Shown here: piece by piece, positions 15,689 through 20,000 of the stretch
Numbering within the stretch: position 1 is the stretch's first letter
How the letters are laid out: each line of letters starts with the position of its first letter
IMG/VR virus record: IMGVR_UViG_3300015615_000078
Coordinates: 44,291-64,290 of that record
Source of the DNA: an uncultured virus (IMG/VR IMGVR_UViG_3300015615_000078)
Lineage: Duplodnaviria; Heunggongvirae; Uroviricota; Caudoviricetes
Strand: one strand, 5' to 3'
DNA length: 20,000 nucleotides
Notes under the pieces: model-generated
What the model was told of the DNA's origin: nothing
What the model saw: only the letters and a program-made list of their open reading frames with translations
Databases searched by the model: none
Program-made: the position numbers and the translations under genes

Positions 15689-16561
15689 CTACTCTCCTAG
15701 TTTCCTCAGAGGTTTTTCCTGGGAAGAGAAATGGATGCCGTTCACCATTTCTTCGCTGTCCATGTGCTGAATTAATTCGAGTCGAGTGGTGGACTTCTTC
15801 AACCGTTCCCACATCGTTTTGTACTTGGAACGCTCTTCACGATGGCGAGCTGCATCCTTGGCAACGAGATCATAGGCATAGTGTTGAAACTCACCGCCGC
15901 AGACTGCTGCACACAAGTTGTGGAGATGGTTCTTGTACTTATCTGCCTCTTGCTGAGCTTTGTAGCGATCCTTGCTCAGTTGCTCGATCTCTTTATTTAG
16001 CTTGTGGAATTCTTGCCCCGACGCAGGACCTGGAGGCGTGTAGAAGACGCTCTTGTCGATCCATTTGCTCTCTTCATTGATTGTACGAAGAAGAGACTCC
16101 TCCTCTAGCTCTCTGTTGATCTGCTCATGGTCCGTATCGACAGCCGGCTTTTTGTCAGGAGTATTCTCAACAGCCTTCATCCTCTCTTCTAGATCAGTAG
16201 CTCTGATTCGCAGTTCTCGTACATCCTTGTAGTAACTATCCACTAAGTTCTCAATCCGCTTGTTGAAGGCTTCACACCTTTGATCGAGAGCCTGTAGAGC
16301 AATGCTATGGCCATCGAAGCGTACATCGTGATCACTCACACGACGCTTCAGCAGTTCAATCTCTTGGTTCTGCTTATGAAGAGCCTCTTTGTCAGCATAA
16401 AGGGCTCCTTGCACTTCAGCGATCCTAGTATCCTCTTGCAAGTAAGTGAAGAGCCCGTCAAGCCTGTCCTTAAGTGCTTCAACTTTCTTACGATCTCTGA
16501 GTAGGTGTTCAACGACAGTGCTGAAGGCTTCTTCAACGGAGATTAGTTCTTCTTGGCTCAT
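15689..16561 (-). CDS. Coiled-coil hypothetical protein (290 aa)
   Basis: AAGGA SD; E/K/L/R-rich heptad-like pattern throughout. Confidence 0.8.
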   Translation of the reverse strand: MSQEELISVEEAFSTVVEHLLRDRKKVEALKDRLDGLFTYLQEDTRIAEVQGALYADKEALHKQNQEIELLKRRVSDHDVRFDGHSIALQALDQRCEAFNKRIENLVDSYYKDVRELRIRATDLEERMKAVENTPDKKPAVDTDHEQINRELEEESLLRTINEESKWIDKSVFYTPPGPASGQEFHKLNKEIEQLSKDRYKAQQEADKYKNHLHNLCAAVCGGEFQHYAYDLVAKDAARHREERSKYKTMWERLKKSTTRLELIQHMDSEEMVNGIHFSSQEKPLRKLGE

Positions 16562-16608
16562 ACTAAGTCCTTATGAGAGGGGAGGGGATTTTTCCTGGGA
16601 AGAGAAGA

Positions 16609-16896
16609 CTATAGATCAATGTACGGTTCGGTGCTGCTATCTTTCTTTTCACCGTATAGGAGGGTATTCCTAGCTAGGTGGGTTAGTGGATCAGAAACCT
16701 CTTCCAGTCTCTTACTCACATCTGCAAGGGGAATGCTGCCTTGCCACTTCCACACTTCAATGCGGTTAGTTTCTTTGTTGAGTTGGCCGCCTCGATAAGC
16801 TACTACCAGCTTAGGATTATCAGGACCGGAAGACAGGTCGAGTCCTAGCTCTATGTGAGGACTACCTATAGCTCTGCTTATGTCCTGATACATCAC
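16609..16896 (-). CDS. Hypothetical protein (about 95 aa)
   Basis: Start overlaps the upstream stop and is preceded by GGGAGGG. Confidence 0.7.
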   Translation of the reverse strand: MMYQDISRAIGSPHIELGLDLSSGPDNPKLVVAYRGGQLNKETNRIEVWKWQGSIPLADVSKRLEEVSDPLTHLARNTLLYGEKKDSSTEPYIDL

Positions 16897-17219
16897 TTCC
16901 CTCCCGCCGCGTCGTGGGCGGCTAGTGCGTCTCTGAGTCGTTCGTATGCGTCTGGGCGTTCGTAATAATCCACGGCATATCTTGCCGCTTCAACAACCGC
17001 CCTCGCCGCTTCGGCCAGCGCGGAGGGCGGGGCGGGTTCCGGTCGTGGTAGCGGTGGCTTCGGGCACGGCCCGCTGAATCCGTGGAACTTGAACATGACT
17101 TCATCGAGCGGCATTGGCTCGCCGCACAGTTCGCAAAGTGGGTGAGCTTCACTCATCTTTCCCTCCGGTGCTAAGGTTAAAATTCCAAACGGTTCAAGCC
17201 GCGTCCAAGGGGCGGTCAT
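16893..17219 (-). CDS. Hypothetical protein with CxxC...H...C motif (about 108 aa)
   Basis: ATGA overlap at 17216-17219, preferred over the track start at 17282; CELCGEPM...FKFHGFSGPCP. Confidence 0.65.
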   Translation of the reverse strand: MTAPWTRLEPFGILTLAPEGKMSEAHPLCELCGEPMPLDEVMFKFHGFSGPCPKPPLPRPEPAPPSALAEAARAVVEAARYAVDYYERPDAYERLRDALAAHDAAGGK

Positions 17220-17740
17220 TGCCCGGACTCCTGGATGATGTTGGCGAGACTCTTGTGGACCGCTCGCATGGCGTCCTGCCATCCGTCGGCGTATTCTGTG
17301 TGTGCTACTGGCGGTTCTTCGCCGAGATAATCATTGAACGCCTTGAGCTTCGCCAGCAGGGATGCATGGCGTTCGTTCAGTGCTTTGTTCTCGTCGAGTA
17401 GTTGGTCGAGCATCCCGCTCGTTTCGCTATCGACTCTCGGAGAGTGCATGGCCTCTCGGATGGCGTCGAGTTGATTCATGCGTGAAGAGTATTTTGTGTC
17501 GTCTAGAATTCGGTCGATTCGCAGCCAGAGGTCTGTGAACTGACCGTTGGATTTCTCCAACTCCGCTACGCGGGCCTCGGCGGCGGTGAGCTGGTTCTCG
17601 TAGCAAGTGTTGCTGACAACCATGTATCCGTCCTCTTGCCGATAAGTTTCGCAGCACCACTCAACTGCCGGCGTAGTGCCCCCTATGAGCACTCCTTGCA
17701 TGTAGCCTGCTCCGCACTTCGGGCACTTTGCTTCTGTCAT
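17216..17740 (-). CDS. Hypothetical protein, N-terminal Zn-ribbon plus coiled coil (174 aa)
   Basis: CPKCG...WCC...C followed by an amphipathic helix; ATGA overlaps at both ends and an AAGGAG SD. Confidence 0.75.
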   Translation of the reverse strand: MTEAKCPKCGAGYMQGVLIGGTTPAVEWCCETYRQEDGYMVVSNTCYENQLTAAEARVAELEKSNGQFTDLWLRIDRILDDTKYSSRMNQLDAIREAMHSPRVDSETSGMLDQLLDENKALNERHASLLAKLKAFNDYLGEEPPVAHTEYADGWQDAMRAVHKSLANIIQESGQ

Positions 17741-17943
17741 CGTTGCTCCTTAGCTTCGTATTGGTAGTAAAGCCGCTCCAAGAGATCAGCGACTCGATTC
17801 ACAGCAACCGTCAGCTCCTCAAGGCCCTCCAGCTTGTGCAGCATGTAGGAAGTCCTGACGACATGATCAAGGTCAAGGTCAGGGTCGATATCAGGCACCG
17901 GATCGGGAGGCAGACTTTGCTTGTAATGTTCTTCAGCATCCAT
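17737..17943 (-). CDS. Small acidic hypothetical protein (about 68 aa)
   Basis: AAAGGA 11 nt upstream of ATG 17943; the stop overlaps the next start. Confidence 0.6.
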   Translation of the reverse strand: MDAEEHYKQSLPPDPVPDIDPDLDLDHVVRTSYMLHKLEGLEELTVAVNRVADLLERLYYQYEAKEQR

Positions 17944-17991
17944 TTGATCGCAGTCCTTTCCTTCCCAGGAAAAAATAAGCACCGGGGTTAG

Positions 17992-18243
17992 TTAGTTCCT
18001 CTCGGCACCTTTACGGAACAACTCATCCTTGTGCTTGATGATCTCCTCCTTACGATCTTGCATGAACTGGACGCCAACCTCCTCAGGGATGGCTGGATGT
18101 CCCATAGCTTCGCAGTTGATGAGCAGAGAGAAGTAGCCTGCATAGAAGCAGGTCCTCATCTGGTTGTACTGCATCTGGCTAGCGTCCTTAGGCATGATAG
18201 CCTTAGCGAAGCCTAGCCAGTCCTCTTCAATCGAATTCAACAC
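17992..18243 (-). CDS. Hypothetical phage protein (83 aa)
   Basis: AAAGGAG SD before a GTG start; protein-like composition. Confidence 0.75.
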   Translation of the reverse strand: MLNSIEEDWLGFAKAIMPKDASQMQYNQMRTCFYAGYFSLLINCEAMGHPAIPEEVGVQFMQDRKEEIIKHKDELFRKGAERN

Positions 18244-18288
18244 TAGAGTCTCCTTTCTTATATCCTAGTTACATCTGAGTAGTCTTGT

Positions 18289-18540
18289 CTACTCAGTCTT
18301 CTTGATTGCTGCATCGTACATCTCATCAGAGACGTAATCCAATTCGCTGAATCCCGACAGCGAGTAGCCGATGAGTTGAGCAAGCTGAGCACGTTCGTCG
18401 TTGTACTCCTTGCCAGAAAACTCAAAGGCTAGACGGTTCAGGTCTATCCCGCCGTGATCGAGTAAGTACCTCACAACGCGATTTGGCTTGAACCTCAGTA
18501 TGCCATTAACTTCTACGATTGGTTGCATTGGCGTGCTCAT
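18289..18540 (-). CDS. Hypothetical phage protein (83 aa)
   Basis: GAGGAG SD, 3 nt after the previous stop; LRFKPNRVVRYLLD...AQLIGYSLSGF. Confidence 0.8.
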   Translation of the reverse strand: MSTPMQPIVEVNGILRFKPNRVVRYLLDHGGIDLNRLAFEFSGKEYNDERAQLAQLIGYSLSGFSELDYVSDEMYDAAIKKTE

Positions 18541-18543
18541 ATA

Positions 18544-18765
18544 CTACTCCTCAATGATGGCTTCGATGTGCTCACGACGGATGAAGCACTTCTCGCCGTC
18601 CTTGATGAACGTACCAAAGATTTTGGTGCCCATGCTTGCTGGGTTACAGCCGAATCCTCCTTCACACTTGAAGAGGTTCTCTTCAGCCTTGAGGCCCTTC
18701 TCGAAGAAGTACTGCTTGAGTCTGACCGTCTTACCCGTGAGATCAATACCGGCTACTGCTGACAT
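18544..18765 (-). CDS. Hypothetical phage protein (73 aa)
   Basis: AGGAG SD; first gene downstream of the sigma70-like promoter. Confidence 0.75.
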   Translation of the reverse strand: MSAVAGIDLTGKTVRLKQYFFEKGLKAEENLFKCEGGFGCNPASMGTKIFGTFIKDGEKCFIRREHIEAIIEE

Positions 18766-18810
18766 GAGTTAGGCTCCTGATGGTGAGAGGGAAGGGTAGA
18801 ACAGCCTATC

Positions 18811-18838
18811 AGTCTACCAGAGGGGATTAGCCTGTCAA
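18811..18838 (-). promoter_or_regulatory. Sigma70-type promoter
   Basis: Minus strand TTGACA-N16-TAGACT with an extended -10 (TG-G-TAGACT), 45 nt upstream of ATG 18765. Confidence 0.65.
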
Positions 18839-18933
18839 TAGCTGTTCCTAGCTATAACTAGGCATAATTCTAGGAATTAGGCAGAATGCCAGAAGTTTTC
18901 CTGGAAGGAAGAAGTACTGTAGACCCTGGGCAT

Positions 18934-19509
18934 TCAGTCAGACCGGCGAGCACAGAGGGTGACTTCATTCACTTCGGTATCCCTTAGGTCCTTCTCCAGC
19001 CTGAGAGCTGCACAAGCCTCCTTGATCTCCTTAGGAGTCGGCAGCCAGATAGAAGGCTGAGTCTTGTAGAACTTGTGATTAGGGGTAGGTAGGGCTCCAG
19101 GACGATCACGCCTCATCACTTCCCGTTCCATGTGCATCAGGAGCTTCCTCAGGTTCTCGTTGGCCTCCTGCTTCGTCAGCTTGTGAGAAGGCTTGACCAG
19201 TAGCTTACGCCTCCTCTCATTAGACCTTCTACCGATAGCTCTACGTTGGCAATGATCCGAGCAGTACTTACCCCTACGACTACCAGCTACGAAGGGAACA
19301 GGCTTCCCACACTCAGTATTCTGGCAATGACGCTCTCTACCGCTCAGTATGAGAATCTTCACCGCCGTCTTGTGATTGATACCGTGCTTCTTGGCGACTC
19401 TGCTGATCGGTAGATGCTCCTCAATGACCTCTCGTACTACCTGCTCGCAGAGAGCTACGGGAGTGTACATCCCTCGGAAGGGGTTATCAGGCATTACTTC
19501 ATCCTCCAT
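18934..19509 (-). CDS. HTH plus Zn-finger putative DNA-binding protein (about 191 aa)
   Basis: HTH-like ISRVAKKHGINHKTAVKIL; CQNTEC...KYCSDHCQRR zinc finger followed by a basic helix. Start uncertain. Confidence 0.65.
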   Translation of the reverse strand: MEDEVMPDNPFRGMYTPVALCEQVVREVIEEHLPISRVAKKHGINHKTAVKILILSGRERHCQNTECGKPVPFVAGSRRGKYCSDHCQRRAIGRRSNERRRKLLVKPSHKLTKQEANENLRKLLMHMEREVMRRDRPGALPTPNHKFYKTQPSIWLPTPKEIKEACAALRLEKDLRDTEVNEVTLCARRSD

Positions 19510-19819
19510 GAGTAGGAACTAGGTGGTCATGGGGATGAGCTTACTCAGTAGCTAAGTCCTGATCAAGATCATTTCAGGATGATCCTATGGGGTAGATGGG
19601 AATATGTCCTAGATAGGACTTAGTGTGAAGAGAAGTACCCTAAAAATTTTTGGGGAGAGGGTGTCTAAATTATTTTTAGGATGGGGTGGACCCTAAATTA
19701 TTCTGCACACATGCCTGTAAAAATTTTAGGGATAGGCGGGTCCAAAAAATCTCTGCACACATAACACCACTACATGACCACCCTGGAACAATAGGCCACC
19801 TCCAGGTCTGGATATATCT

Positions 19820-19880
19820 ATATAAAGAGATATTCTTATCTAGAACTAAGCATAGCTACATATAAAGAGATGCTCTTATC
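19820..19880. repeat. 21-bp direct repeat pair at 40-bp spacing
   Basis: ATATAAAGAGATATTCTTATC (19820-19840) vs ATATAAAGAGATGCTCTTATC (19860-19880); 19/21 identical. Confidence 0.9.
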
Positions 19881-19932
19881 CTTTGAAGAGTACAAAGGGG
19901 AGTTGCTGATCTACTTAGACGGTAGATGAGCA

Positions 19933-19972
19933 ATGTAGATATGTAGATATGTAGATATGTAGATATGTAGAT
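19933..19972 (+). repeat. Tandem octamer (ATGTAGAT)x5
   Basis: Five perfect copies read directly from the sequence. Confidence 0.95.
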
Positions 19973-20000
19973 ACAGAATGATTGCAGACAAGCATGTAGA

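Noticed and set aside
18934..19509. HTH protein as terminase small subunit
   Set aside because: It is 12 kb from terL and has a Zn finger atypical of TerS; cannot be supported without a search.

Overview
This window is a segment of a tailed dsDNA phage (or prophage) genome, almost entirely on the minus strand. Reading in the direction of transcription (right to left) it contains: a repeat-rich non-coding region (19510-20000); an HTH/Zn-finger gene and a run of small hypothetical ORFs; a 290-aa coiled-coil protein; and four large fibre/adhesin/glycanase-like genes. Those four include a 1145-aa protein with a 12-residue-repeat stalk and a GH141-like beta-helix with a LamG-like insert, and a signal-peptide-bearing G8/TMEM2-like beta-helix protein. 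Next come the terminase large subunit; a holin-like membrane protein overlapping a membrane-anchored stand-alone PAS protein, followed by a 70-aa SEC-C protein; one plus-strand virion-like gene; and a Mu gpI-like prohead protease/scaffold that runs off the left edge and is missing from the ORF track. No portal, small terminase or endolysin is recognisable. The most notable signals are the holin-like/PAS/SEC-C cluster, a dispersed TTTCCTGGGAAG motif (5 exact copies, in both coding and intergenic DNA), a second intergenic motif (GTGAAAWGAAT), and the glycanase-like fibre genes. All family calls come from motif recognition by eye; no database searches were run.
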